Numbered from the stretch's first letter, positions 17,411 through 27,370 are shown. The stretch: DNA of 64,000 nucleotides from an uncultured Acidobacteriota bacterium (GCA_963828465.1 CAWHEU010000007.1:19039-83038), one strand, 5' to 3'. Made by a program: numbers and translations. The notes: generated from the sequence alone by a model not told the origin.

Positions 17411-19170
17411 ATGCGTGGTGGAAGATTGGGGATGCTGGGGCTCGTGGTGGCCCTCCTCCTCTCGATCATGCCGGTGGCGGGTGCGCAGGTGGCCGACGAC
17501 TCAGGTGAGTCGATCGAGCAGCAGGCGTTCACCGACACGGCGGAAGCGTGTTCCAGAGGCGCCATCGACGAACTGGCGGCGCGCGGCATCACACGTCGGG
17601 TGTAACCCGCCCGCCAACACCAGATTCTGTCCCGGACAACCCGGTGACCAGGGGCCAGATGGCCATCTTCATCGTCCGCGGCCTTCGACCTCGGGCCGGC
17701 ATCGACCGATTTCTTCTTCGATGACACCGGCAAGGTCTACGAGGATGCGGCGAACCGTCTGGCCGAGGCCGGCCTGACCCAAGGCTGTGGCCCGGGGCGA
17801 TACTGCGGTGACAACAACATCAGCCCGCGGGGAGATGGCGGCGTTCCTCTCCAGGGCGCAGAGCCTGCCCGACTCGATCGACGGATCATCTTCGTCGACG
17901 ACAACACCTCGATCTTCGAGAACGGGATCAACAGGGTGGCCGAGGCCGGGATCACCTTCGGGCTGCAACCCGCCGGCGAACACCAACTTCTGTCCCACTG
18001 CCAACGTCACGCGTGGCCAGATGGCGGCCTTCATCATCCGGGCGCTGGCCGGCGGAGTCACTCCGCCGCCCCGGGGGCCGGACCGGAACCCGCCGCCACC
18101 GACGCCCGTGCCGCAGGGTTCTGCGACGACGTCACACGGTGATCAAAGGCTGACTGCCAGGCCTGCTCTCCCTGTACTACGTCGACCGGTGGTATCGGCT
18201 TGGACGAGCAAGGCGGGCTGGCGGTCAGCAAGAACCCGTGCAACTGGTCCGGTGTCGCCTGCAACCCGGCGCAAGCGGGTGACCCAGCTCATCCTGAACG
18301 CCGAGGCTCCGAACGATCCCGGCAACAATCTGAGCGGCTCGATTGCCGGCTGCCCTCGGGAACCTCACCGGCCTGTCAGGTCATCGACTTCGCATCGAAC
18401 GAGATCGGAGGGAGCATCCCGACCGGCATCGGGCAAGCTGAAGAAACTGACGGCGCTCGACCTGTCGGGGAACTTCCTGACCGGGACCATCCCCAGCCAC
18501 GCTTGGCGGCCTCACCAGTCTCTCGGTCGAGCTGGACCTGCACAGCAACCGTTGACCGGGGGCCTTCCCGACCAGCTTCACCAACCTGAACGCCTGTTCA
18601 GATCCTGGACCTGGGATCGAACAGCCTGTCCGGGCGATGGACGTTGTTGGGGACGATGCCGTCCCTGCGCCAGATCGATCTCAGGGAGAACAAGTTCGCT
18701 GGGGCGGTGCCCGGGGTGATCGGCGAGTCTGCCAGTTCCTCAACCGTCTCGACCTGTCGGTGAACAAGTTCACCGCGGATCAGGGGCTGGGTTCGGGAAC
18801 GCCCCGACGCTGGACGACATCGATATGTCCGAGAACAAGCTCTGAGCGGGTTCAGCCCGGCGTTTGCCCAGATCCCAACCCTGACCGAGCTGGATCTGTC
18901 GTTCAACTGATGAACGGGCGCCATCCCGGACGGGATGCATCAATCTGGGGTTGTTGTCGTCGCTGGACATCTCCAACAACCAGTTGAGCGACACAGAGAT
19001 CCCCTTGTTCCGGCTTCGAGGAGCCGGGTCTGGAGGAGTTGCTGCTGTTCGGCAACACCTGTCTCCAGACCAGTGACCTGGCCAACTACAACTACATCCT
19101 GGCCCGCGATCCGGCGTGGCGCAACTGCGGCCAGCCAGCGCCCTCCACCACCCCGGCCGTGATCGGCTGA
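17411..19170 (+). CDS. Secreted protein: 3 SLH domains + Pro linker + Cys-capped plant-type leucine-rich repeats (heavily frameshifted; error-rich sequence or pseudogene)
   Basis: Signal peptide MRGGRLGMLGLVVALLL; GCNPPANTRFCP..VTRGQMA, GC..YC..RGEMAAFL, GCNPPANTNFCPTANVTRGQMAAFI; cap KNPCNWSGVACN; LRRs GNNLSGSI, IDFASNEIGGSIP, LKKLTALDLSGNFLTGTIP, LRQIDLRENKFAGAVP, LNRLDLSVNKF spread over all three frames; stop at 19168-19170. Confidence 0.78.
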
Positions 19171-19182
19171 GAACACTGATCT

Positions 19183-19213
19183 GAAAGAGCCCCTTCGGGG
19201 GCTCTTTCTCTTT
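19183..19213. terminator. Intrinsic terminator between the SLH-LRR gene and the convergent sulfotransferase
   Basis: 11-bp stem GAAAGAGCCCC-TTCG-GGGGCTCTTTC with cUUCGg loop, followed by TCTTT. Confidence 0.85.
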
Positions 19214-19215
19214 GG

Positions 19216-20122
19216 TCAGCGCAAGACCTTCTTCACCCGCCGAACCGTGTAGCGGGCGCTGTCGGCGGCCACCTGGCGCAGGGCGGCGGTCCGGGCGGAC
19301 AAAGGCACTTTCTCGAACTTGCGCTCGTAGCCCAGATCGGCCAGCAGGTTCCCGGCGAGAGCCTCGAATCGGGCCACCTGGTCGTCGGACAGCTCCCGTC
19401 GCCAGTCGCGCAGACCCTTGGTCGGGGGGAGGAAGATGTCCTTGTGCCGGTCGGGCACCGCCGTGGTCGACACGATGTCGCCGGCTCGCTCGTAGTAGGT
19501 GAGCATCCGCGGATCGAATGGCAGACTCGAGGAAGTCGCATAGCTTCCTAACCGAGCCCTCGGTGTCGTCGATCAACTCCTCGAATCGGGACTCGATGTA
19601 TCGGTCGGGGCCGAGCGATTCCCCGGCCGCCCGTCCGGCGTCGACCCGGCGCTTCCAGGAGACGGCGACCTGTTCGATCTTGGTCCCGTCGGTGTGCGCC
19701 AGGGCGACGTCCCGGCCGTCTCGCACCGCATGGACGAATTTGCCCTCAGGGAAGAGGTCCGCCAGCAGCGTCAGATGATGGATGTTGCTCTGGGTCTTGT
19801 CTCCGTAGCGGGTCTTGCCCTGCAGGCCGGCGTAGAGGCCATAGAGCCGGCGCACCGCCTCCGGATAGTCCCCGGCCGGTGGGTCATTCAGAGCCATCTC
19901 GATGTCCCCAGCGTCGAGTCCCCAGTTCTCGAACCGATCGTCTTTGCCGAGATCCTTCAGGAACCGCTCGGTGTCGTAACCCTTCTCCCGGTACCGATTC
20001 GCCAGCCTCGCCACGAACCGGGCCTCACCCGGGATGGCCAGGTCGGGATGAGAGTCGAAAATGGCTCGGTGCAACGTCGTGCCCGAACCATTGGCCCCGA
20101 AGAAGAAGGGGAACGGCTTCAC
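19216..20122 (-). CDS. Sulfotransferase (Sulfotransfer_3 type; frameshift near 19520)
   Basis: FFFGANGSGTTL..IFDSHP, YGDKT, VRDGRDVALA, RFEELI..LCDFL; C-terminus in ORF 19216-19506 (DWRRELSDDQVARFE..LGY). Confidence 0.85.
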
Positions 20123-21111
20123 GTGAGCCCTGCCCGGATCTCGGCCAGGGCACGCCCGGCCGATCTCCGACCCCCCTCACCTTTCCGCTCGAGACGCTGG
20201 ATGGTGCCCATCAGGCGCTGCATCTCCGAGAAACGCCATCCGGGCCCCGAGGCGGCATCAGTGTCTCCATAGCCTTCGGTTACTGCCGCAACCAGAGCCT
20301 CGGTCCAGGGACGGAACGACGTCGTGGTGTAGCGGAGGCGATGAACGAATCGGGAGAGGTCGAAGCCACGAAGCTGGGGTATCCAGCCGAAGTCGATCAG
20401 ACCGGTGCCGTCCTCCATCATTATCACGTTCCCGGGGCTGAGGTCTCCGTGTGAGACGGTTACTCCGTGGGTGTCGGCTGAGGCCATGTCGAACAGCTCG
20501 CCAAGATGCGTCTCGAGACTCCTCCGATCGGCCTCTGGCAGCAGCGGCCCGATGGACTCGACTTTCCGCTCCGTCTCCTTCCAGATGCGATCCAGCTCTG
20601 GGCCAGGCTCGGGTTCGGGGAAACTCTCCAGAACCCGGACCGCCTGTCCGACTGCTGCTGCAGCGGCCAATGCCCTCGCTCGACTCTTGCCGGTAAAGGC
20701 GAACTGCAACGGGTTGCCCATGGGCTCGCCTTCCAACCCGAGGGTCACCACCTCGAGCGTGTCTTCGTCGAAGGCCAGCGTCTCATTGATGGCGAGAGAG
20801 GATTCGCCGGCGAGCTCCATGAAACGTCGCGCCATCTCGTCGCCCTGACTGAGGGCTTGGCGTGCCCGGCCCAGGTGTCGGGAATCCTGCTCCGCCGGCG
20901 GGAAGTACGGGGTCTTGTACCAGGCCGTCGCCACCGTTCCTTCGGTGGATCGCAAGGTCAAGTGGAAGAGCGTCGAGCGTTTGCGGTCGGTGCGGTCGCC
21001 CACGGTCCAGGTCAGAGATTCCGGGTCGATCGAGTGTTTGTCCGCCAGGGCCACCAGGGCCCTCTGCAGCACATCGGCTCCAGGGATGTCGGGTCGATGG
21101 TCGAAGGGCAC
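20119..21111 (-). CDS. APH/choline-kinase-like phosphotransferase (kinase 1)
   Basis: AWYK lysine, Brenner motif HGDLSPGN, LIDFG, FDLSRF; GTG start 8 nt after the permease stop. Confidence 0.75.
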   Translation of the reverse strand: MPFDHRPDIPGADVLQRALVALADKHSIDPESLTWTVGDRTDRKRSTLFHLTLRSTEGTVATAWYKTPYFPPAEQDSRHLGRARQALSQGDEMARRFMELAGESSLAINETLAFDEDTLEVVTLGLEGEPMGNPLQFAFTGKSRARALAAAAAVGQAVRVLESFPEPEPGPELDRIWKETERKVESIGPLLPEADRRSLETHLGELFDMASADTHGVTVSHGDLSPGNVIMMEDGTGLIDFGWIPQLRGFDLSRFVHRLRYTTTSFRPWTEALVAAVTEGYGDTDAASGPGWRFSEMQRLMGTIQRLERKGEGGRRSAGRALAEIRAGLT

Positions 21112-21119
21112 GGGCCGGC

Positions 21120-21989
21120 CTAGTAGCCGCTCAGCATGCCCATCTTTCTCCCGTACTCGAGTGAGCGGGAGAACAGCCAGAGACCGCCGGCGAGCACCAC
21201 CACATTGAAGGCGAGGAGTGCGATGACTGCCATTTGGAACGGGACGACGAACGTGCCCGGGTCTTCCATGAGCACGGCGCGGCTGGCGTTGATGACATAC
21301 GTGTGTGGGATGGCCCAGGACAAGGTCTGCAGCCAGGAGGGCAGCTGGTCGACCGAGAACACGGCACCGGCGAGCAATGACGCCGCCATGCCGTACAGAG
21401 TGAGGAATGGCTTCGACCGCTTCGAAATGATGAGGATGGCGGCCGAGACGATCCCGATCGCCGTGCAAGCCAGTATCCCCAGCACGAGCAGGACAAGGAA
21501 CTCCCGCCACCCGGAGGCCAGGTACTCCGCCCCGAGCAGGGCACCCATGCCGAGAATGATCGCCCCTTCGAGCACTCCCATCATTGTGTGCCAGAGATTC
21601 ATGGCAAAGGGGAGGAACGTCCACGGGACCGGCTCAACCAACAGGGTCTCCAGCGAGCCCCGGTTCAGGGCTCGTTGCAGGTTGCCTCCGAACCCGCTCA
21701 ACGCGCCCTGGAGAATCGCGGACACCGCCAACCCGAGTACGGCGAAGGTGAAATAGTCGCCACCCACCTCGGCCGACTCACCGACGAGGTCGCCGATGAA
21801 GAACGAGACCAGCACCGGTAGGACGGTTCCAAGCTCGCTGAGAATGAGCGACATGGGGTAGCTGAATTCCTCGATGGCATCCATGCGGAGGAACGCAACC
21901 GCGATCGAAGGGGTGGGTCTGTTCGGTGAGCGCCGCTTCTTGCGACGCCCGTGCTCCGCCGCTTCGGGGGTCTTGGTCTCGACACTCAT
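21120..21989 (-). CDS. ABC-2 type transporter permease
   Basis: About six TM helices, RGSLETLLVEP, GAVFSVDQLPSWLQTLSWAIPHTY. Confidence 0.88.
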   Translation of the reverse strand: MSVETKTPEAAEHGRRKKRRSPNRPTPSIAVAFLRMDAIEEFSYPMSLILSELGTVLPVLVSFFIGDLVGESAEVGGDYFTFAVLGLAVSAILQGALSGFGGNLQRALNRGSLETLLVEPVPWTFLPFAMNLWHTMMGVLEGAIILGMGALLGAEYLASGWREFLVLLVLGILACTAIGIVSAAILIISKRSKPFLTLYGMAASLLAGAVFSVDQLPSWLQTLSWAIPHTYVINASRAVLMEDPGTFVVPFQMAVIALLAFNVVVLAGGLWLFSRSLEYGRKMGMLSGY

Positions 21990-22990
21990 TTCGCTTGCTT
22001 CTCCCGATACATGTCGGCGAGGAGGTCGCGGAGCGGTCGCTGCACCTCCTGGAGGTGCACCACATCGGGTGCCACCGTCTCGAGGACTGCGAGGACGTCG
22101 CCAGTGGTTGTCTCGGATGAGGTCAGGACCGTCGTCAGCTGGGATCCCTCGACGGTGATCGACTCACCGAGACCGGCGGCGTCGATGAGCTTCCGGGCTT
22201 GACGGGCACTCTCGTCGGACTTGAACTCGATCTCGAGCTGCTCCCTGTCAACGAGGGCACGTAGCTCGTCGAGGTCTCCGTCGTACCGGATCCGCCCCTT
22301 GTCGAGGAGGACGACATGAGAGTGGAGGGCTTCGATCTCCTCCAGACGGTGTGAGCTGATCATGCAGGCGAGCCGCTCTTCCTCGACGATGGAGATGATC
22401 AATCCGAGGAGCTCGTGGGCGGCAACCGGGTCGATGGCGCCGGTGGGCTCATCGAGGATCAGGACGCTAGGACTGTGCAGGAGGGCACGGGCGAGCTGGA
22501 GTCGGGCCCGCATCCCGGAGGAGAGGGCAAAGACGGAATGCTCGGCGGCATGGGAGAGCCCGACCTTGGCCAGGGAGTCGTATATCCGCCCTTTGAGATC
22601 TTCACCTTTGAGTCCCTGCAGACGGCCGTGGAAGCGGAGGTTCTCGACACATGTGAGGCGGCCCAACAGGCTGACGTCCTGGCCTGGCATCCAGCCGACC
22701 ATGCGTCGCACTGCGACCGACTCGTGTTGGGCGTCGTATCCGCCCACCGTGGCCGTACCGGTAGAGGGAGTGGTGAGACCGAGGAGGATGCGGAACGTCG
22801 TTGTCTTGCCGGCGCCGTTAGGGCCGACCACGGCGCAGATCTCACCGGGCCCAACCTCGAAGGTGATGCCGTCGAGCGCGACCACCGCGTTCTTGATATT
22901 GCTCTTCACCATGAGCTTCATCCAGGTGGGCGAGGGCTCGTAGACCTTGGTCAGGTCTTTGACCGAGATGCTCGGATCGCGTTCGCTCAT
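21986..22990 (-). CDS. ABC transporter ATP-binding protein (DrrA/NodI-like)
   Basis: Walker A GPNGAGKTT, signature LSSGM, Walker B ILDEPT, H-loop SSH. Confidence 0.93.
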   Translation of the reverse strand: MSERDPSISVKDLTKVYEPSPTWMKLMVKSNIKNAVVALDGITFEVGPGEICAVVGPNGAGKTTTFRILLGLTTPSTGTATVGGYDAQHESVAVRRMVGWMPGQDVSLLGRLTCVENLRFHGRLQGLKGEDLKGRIYDSLAKVGLSHAAEHSVFALSSGMRARLQLARALLHSPSVLILDEPTGAIDPVAAHELLGLIISIVEEERLACMISSHRLEEIEALHSHVVLLDKGRIRYDGDLDELRALVDREQLEIEFKSDESARQARKLIDAAGLGESITVEGSQLTTVLTSSETTTGDVLAVLETVAPDVVHLQEVQRPLRDLLADMYREKQAK

Positions 22991-23173
22991 TTCCCTGTGA
23001 AACCCCTCAACGCCCAGGACGCCGCATCGAATGAAGTCGGCGCCGAATCAAGTAAACCACGGTTTGCGTGTGCGCCCCCCTAGACGAAGTGAGAGTGTAA
23101 CCGCCCTCCGTGGTCAAACAATATGCAGAACCCACTATCGTCCGGTCAGGAAGACGGGATCGGAGGGCATGCC

Positions 23174-24571
23174 GTGGGGGCGTGGAAATGGGTCTTGGTC
23201 GTCGGGGGGTTGACCGTGGCCCTGGCCGGCGGGTGGTTTCTCGGGAGCAGACTGGCGGGCGGAGGGGACACAGATCCCAACTCCCCTGAAGCGGCGACGC
23301 CCACCACACAGGGGCAGACATCGACAACACAGCCTGAGACGGGTCAGTCGACTCCTGTCACCGGGGCTGTCGACCCTTCATGCGATGTCCCACCCGGTCA
23401 GCCATACGTTGGTGGCCCGAGCGCCCAGTTGGTTGACCTCGGCGAAGTGAATGGGATGCAGGTCGAGGGTGTGGTGTACCCGCGGCCCGACTACCAGGGC
23501 GATCCGTGGACCATGTGGGGACAGGGCATCGCCCTGGACGATGGCCGTTTCGTCTCTGCGATAGGCGACCATCTCGGCCCTGACGGGAACTCGTTCGTCT
23601 ACGAGTACGACCCGGCGACCGGGTCGCTCGACACACTCGGCGATCTCCTCTCCTACGTCGAGCACACTCCGGGGGCGTGGGGATACGGCAAGGTCCACGG
23701 CCAGATGGCCGCCGGTCCCTGTGGTGAGGTCTATTTCGCCTCCTACTGGGGCACCAACCGTGACCTCCAGTACGGGTCGTCCTACACCGGGGACTATCTC
23801 TTCCGACTCGATCCCGACCAGCGCACGATCGCAGCCCTGGGAGTCCCAATCCAGGAGCACGGTATTCCCTCGCTGGCGGGGTCGTCGGACCTGGGACTGG
23901 TATACGGCGAGGCGATCGACCCGATAGCGGAGGCTCAGAACGTCGACGCCGGCCCGTTCTTCGTCTACGACGTCGTGAGTGAGCAGATGGTCTTCGAAGG
24001 CCCGGCGTCGCCGCATTCCGGATTCCGAAACGTGATGGTCGATGGCGGGGGGCGGGCGTACTACTCGATCGGCGCTGGCGAGCTGTCGGTTTATGACCCG
24101 GCGACCAACGAGGTGACGACCCACCCCCACCAGATGCCCGGTGACTGGCTCAGGGCCTCGACCACACCGGCCGAGGACGGAAGGGTGTTCGCGGTCACCC
24201 GGGATCCCGACGCGTTTTTCGTCCTCAATCCAGACGGGTCGATCGAGGGCCTCGGCAATCCGGCCGAGTACACCGCAACTATGGCCATCCACCCTTCCGG
24301 CGATCGGTTCTTCTTCATGCCCGATGCCCACGGCGACGCCTGGGCATTCGGTGGCGCCCTCACCAGTGTCGACACCGCGACCGGTGAGCAGACGGTGATG
24401 GCCGAGCTCAATCCCCTCACCGAGGAGGGTCTCGGGTTGCGTCTCGGCGGGACATTCAGCATGGCGGTGTCACCTGCCGGCGACACGATCTACATGGGTG
24501 CCAACGCCGGACCGCTCGGCGCGGACGACGGCTTCGGGGAAGTCGTCCTCCTCGTGATCCATCTCCCGTGA
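23174..24571 (+). CDS. Membrane-anchored acidic beta-propeller-like protein of unknown function
   Basis: N-terminal TM, T/P/Q-rich linker, repeated YDP turns (YEYDPATG, VYDPATN, VDTATG), GYGKVHG motif; GTG start after GGAGG. Confidence 0.7.
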   Translation: MGAWKWVLVVGGLTVALAGGWFLGSRLAGGGDTDPNSPEAATPTTQGQTSTTQPETGQSTPVTGAVDPSCDVPPGQPYVGGPSAQLVDLGEVNGMQVEGVVYPRPDYQGDPWTMWGQGIALDDGRFVSAIGDHLGPDGNSFVYEYDPATGSLDTLGDLLSYVEHTPGAWGYGKVHGQMAAGPCGEVYFASYWGTNRDLQYGSSYTGDYLFRLDPDQRTIAALGVPIQEHGIPSLAGSSDLGLVYGEAIDPIAEAQNVDAGPFFVYDVVSEQMVFEGPASPHSGFRNVMVDGGGRAYYSIGAGELSVYDPATNEVTTHPHQMPGDWLRASTTPAEDGRVFAVTRDPDAFFVLNPDGSIEGLGNPAEYTATMAIHPSGDRFFFMPDAHGDAWAFGGALTSVDTATGEQTVMAELNPLTEEGLGLRLGGTFSMAVSPAGDTIYMGANAGPLGADDGFGEVVLLVIHLP

Positions 24572-24589
24572 GTCGCCGGTCGGCTGGCA

Positions 24590-26230
24590 GTGGCGGCCCT
24601 GGTCGTCCTGACCGCGTGCACGTCCGGGGGCGGGGCGGGAACCACCGCCACGAGTGGGGCGGAGGCAGAGCCGGGAGGTACTTCCTCAGGCACCGCCGGC
24701 ACCGTCGCTGAAAGTGGAAGCCTCACCTGTTGGACGGCAGCGCCCGGGGGCGGGGAGACAGCGATCGGCTTTTCCGATCAGACGGAGGCCCTGGGCATGG
24801 TGACACCTCTGGTCGGCATGTACGGGCATGCCGGGGTGTGGGGCGACTTCAACGGCGACACACGGCCCGACCTCTTCATGGGCACGTTCGCCGATCGGGA
24901 CACCGAGATCTATCAGGCGCGGGGCGCCGACGGACCCGCCCCTGACCAGCTGCTCCTGTCGTCCGACGCCAGCTTTGCCGCCGACGAGAGCCTCCCCGAC
25001 ATGTTCGCCAGGACCAGCGGTGGGGCGACCGCCGATCTGGACTCGGACGGTGATTTCGACCTGGTCGTCTCACGAAACTGGGACGACGACCAGCCTTCGG
25101 CGCCAGGTACACAGATACTGCGGAACGACGGGGGCTCTCTGGTCCCGGCCGGAACCGGGCTCCCCACCCAATTTGCCGGCCGGTCGGTTGCTGTCCTCGA
25201 CTACGACCTCGATGGCCTGCTCGACCTGTTCATCACCGCCGATGAGGGCGGGAGTGTCCTGCTTCGAAACGAAGGGGACCTCGCTTTCACGGACGTCACT
25301 GTGGCGGCGGGTCTGCCCCAGGGCATCGTCGGACTCGGGGTGGCGGTGGCCGATCTCACAGGGGACCGTCGGCAGGACATCTTCGTGGCAGGGTCGAATC
25401 AGCTATTCGTCGCCGAGGGCGAGTCGTTCCAGCAGGTCGACAGCTCCGTTTTCGCCTGGCCACCGATCAGTGACGAGGATCTGGTCACGGGAGCTTCGAT
25501 CGCAGACGTCAATCGCGATGGTCTGCTGGACATCGCCGTCGGTCACCATTTCAACAGCACAATCGACGATGGGGCCATGGTCCCGGTGCGTCTATTCCTC
25601 AACAGGGGAGAGGCGCAGTTCGAGGAAGTGACCGAGGCGGCTGGACTGGTCGGGCTCCCGACCAAAGGCCCCCATGTCGAGCTCAACGACATGGACAACG
25701 ACGGCTGGCCCGACCTGGTCGCCACGGCCTCGGCCGCAGACGGCACCCGGCCCGCTGTGTTCCGGCACACAGGGCTCAACGGCGACATCCCCATGTTCAG
25801 CGCTCCGGAGGGCTTGGGGAGCCCTCAGTACTGGGTTGCCGGGCCTACGGCCGACATCGATCGGGACGGACGACTCGATGTCTTTCTGGTGGAGTTCGAC
25901 CCGGCACTGCCCTCACTGATGTTGCGCAACGAGACCGCGTCGGGCCACTGGCTGGAAGTTTCCATGGGCAACGAATTGGGATCCGGCCTGGGGTGGCGGA
26001 TAGAGGTCTACGAGGTGGGCGCAGTGGGGGATACGTCCGAGTTGCTCGGTGCCCGTGAGATCACAACCACTCAGGGCTACTCCTCGGGAGTGGCACCCGT
26101 TGCGCATTTCGGGCTCGGCGACCACGAGCAAGTCGACGTCCAGCTCAACCCCCCGGGCGATGGGGAGATTGTGATCCTCGAGGGCGTGTCCGCCGATCAA
26201 CATGTGAGATATCCGGAGGGCTGCGGCTGA
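24590..26230 (+). CDS. FG-GAP/VCBS repeat lipoprotein with ASPIC/UnbV-like C-terminus (CRTAC1-like)
   Basis: Lipobox LTAC; seven Ca-binding loops (DFNGDTRPDL, DLDSDGDFDL, DYDLDGLLDL, DLTGDRRQDI, DVNRDGLLDI, DMDNDGWPDL, DIDRDGRLDV); GYSS..AHFGLG; true start may be the out-of-frame GTG at 24568. Confidence 0.85.
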   Translation: MAALVVLTACTSGGGAGTTATSGAEAEPGGTSSGTAGTVAESGSLTCWTAAPGGGETAIGFSDQTEALGMVTPLVGMYGHAGVWGDFNGDTRPDLFMGTFADRDTEIYQARGADGPAPDQLLLSSDASFAADESLPDMFARTSGGATADLDSDGDFDLVVSRNWDDDQPSAPGTQILRNDGGSLVPAGTGLPTQFAGRSVAVLDYDLDGLLDLFITADEGGSVLLRNEGDLAFTDVTVAAGLPQGIVGLGVAVADLTGDRRQDIFVAGSNQLFVAEGESFQQVDSSVFAWPPISDEDLVTGASIADVNRDGLLDIAVGHHFNSTIDDGAMVPVRLFLNRGEAQFEEVTEAAGLVGLPTKGPHVELNDMDNDGWPDLVATASAADGTRPAVFRHTGLNGDIPMFSAPEGLGSPQYWVAGPTADIDRDGRLDVFLVEFDPALPSLMLRNETASGHWLEVSMGNELGSGLGWRIEVYEVGAVGDTSELLGAREITTTQGYSSGVAPVAHFGLGDHEQVDVQLNPPGDGEIVILEGVSADQHVRYPEGCG

Positions 26231-26254
26231 GAGCCCCGTCCTAGAATCGCCTTC

Positions 26255-27370
26255 GTGTCCGATCTCCTCGCTCTCTTCGAGACGGGCTTCTTCACGACCG
26301 GGCTCCGCCTTGGTGTGCTGGCGCTGGCACTGGGCTGGGCCCTTCGATTTGTGACCGGCCGCTATCGACCCCCAATGCCAATTGCCGGGGTGCTCATCGC
26401 GATAGCCACGATTGGTGGCCTGTACCTCGTGGCTGAGCCACTCGGGCCTGCGGTCCCGGCCCTCGCAGCGATAGCCCTCGGAGTCCTGATCGTCCGCTTG
26501 ACCCGGGCACCGGCTTGGGTGCAGATACTGGCTGCTGTGCCTGGTTCGGTGTGGCTGGGCTTCGGTGCGACTGTCACCGACCTGACCTGGGTTCGGGTCC
26601 TGATGGCGGTGCTGATCCCGGTCGGTGGATTTCTCATCAATGACTTCGAGACACGCAACCAACGCCTCGGGCTCGGCGTCATCTACTTCACCCTTGCTGT
26701 GCTCGGCACCTTCGCCGCCGTTCCCGACACCGAACAAGCTCTGGTCCTCATGGCAGCTGCTCTGCCCATCACCCTTCTCGCCTGGCCCAAGGTGGCCGTC
26801 TCGCTGGGCATGGAGGGCTCCTTCGTGGCCGTGGGTGCATTCCTCTGGGTGGCGGCGGCTGGTGGGGGCGGCCGTCCACCGTCGATCGCAGGATCGGCGG
26901 CGTGCCTGGGACTGCTCCTCCTCGAGCCGCTCATCTTCCGACTTCGACCCGGCACGGCCAATCTGGTGAACAGGGTTAGGCAGAACTGGCTGGGCGCAGT
27001 GGTGGCCTCGATCCCACAGTTCGTCTTGGTCGTGATCTGCTCGCGGATCGCAGCCCGGTTCGACAACATGCTTCCCGCCTTGATCGTAATCGTCGCCGGC
27101 TACCTGATCGCCCTGGGTGTCGGGATCTACGTCGGTACTCGAGTCTCCGAGCCGGCAGAAAGCGCACCAAGCTCCGTTCTGAACTGCTTGATGGCGGGCA
27201 CCATTAACATGCCCATCCATGTGGAGGAGGAGCCCGCGGGTTCTGAGCGCGCTCGTCGTCGGTGTCATCGTGGCATCAGTGATGGTGGGCGAGTCCTGGC
27301 TGCCAGCGCAGGCCCAAACGACCGATGTGACCGCGACCGTCGAAACCGATCCGGTTCCCAACGGCGGTGA
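26255..27370 (+). CDS. Polytopic membrane protein of unknown function (true end probably near 27180)
   Basis: About ten hydrophobic segments, AVPDTEQ loop; the tail beyond ~27180 overlaps the phytase gene and looks out of frame. Confidence 0.65.
   Translation: MSDLLALFETGFFTTGLRLGVLALALGWALRFVTGRYRPPMPIAGVLIAIATIGGLYLVAEPLGPAVPALAAIALGVLIVRLTRAPAWVQILAAVPGSVWLGFGATVTDLTWVRVLMAVLIPVGGFLINDFETRNQRLGLGVIYFTLAVLGTFAAVPDTEQALVLMAAALPITLLAWPKVAVSLGMEGSFVAVGAFLWVAAAGGGGRPPSIAGSAACLGLLLLEPLIFRLRPGTANLVNRVRQNWLGAVVASIPQFVLVVICSRIAARFDNMLPALIVIVAGYLIALGVGIYVGTRVSEPAESAPSSVLNCLMAGTINMPIHVEEEPAGSERARRRCHRGISDGGRVLAASAGPNDRCDRDRRNRSGSQRR

Noticed and set aside
20119-21624. 501-aa version of kinase 1 and similar N-terminal extensions (28655, 30016, 47340)
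   Set aside because: The extensions overlap upstream genes out of frame; shorter starts adjacent to upstream stops fit better
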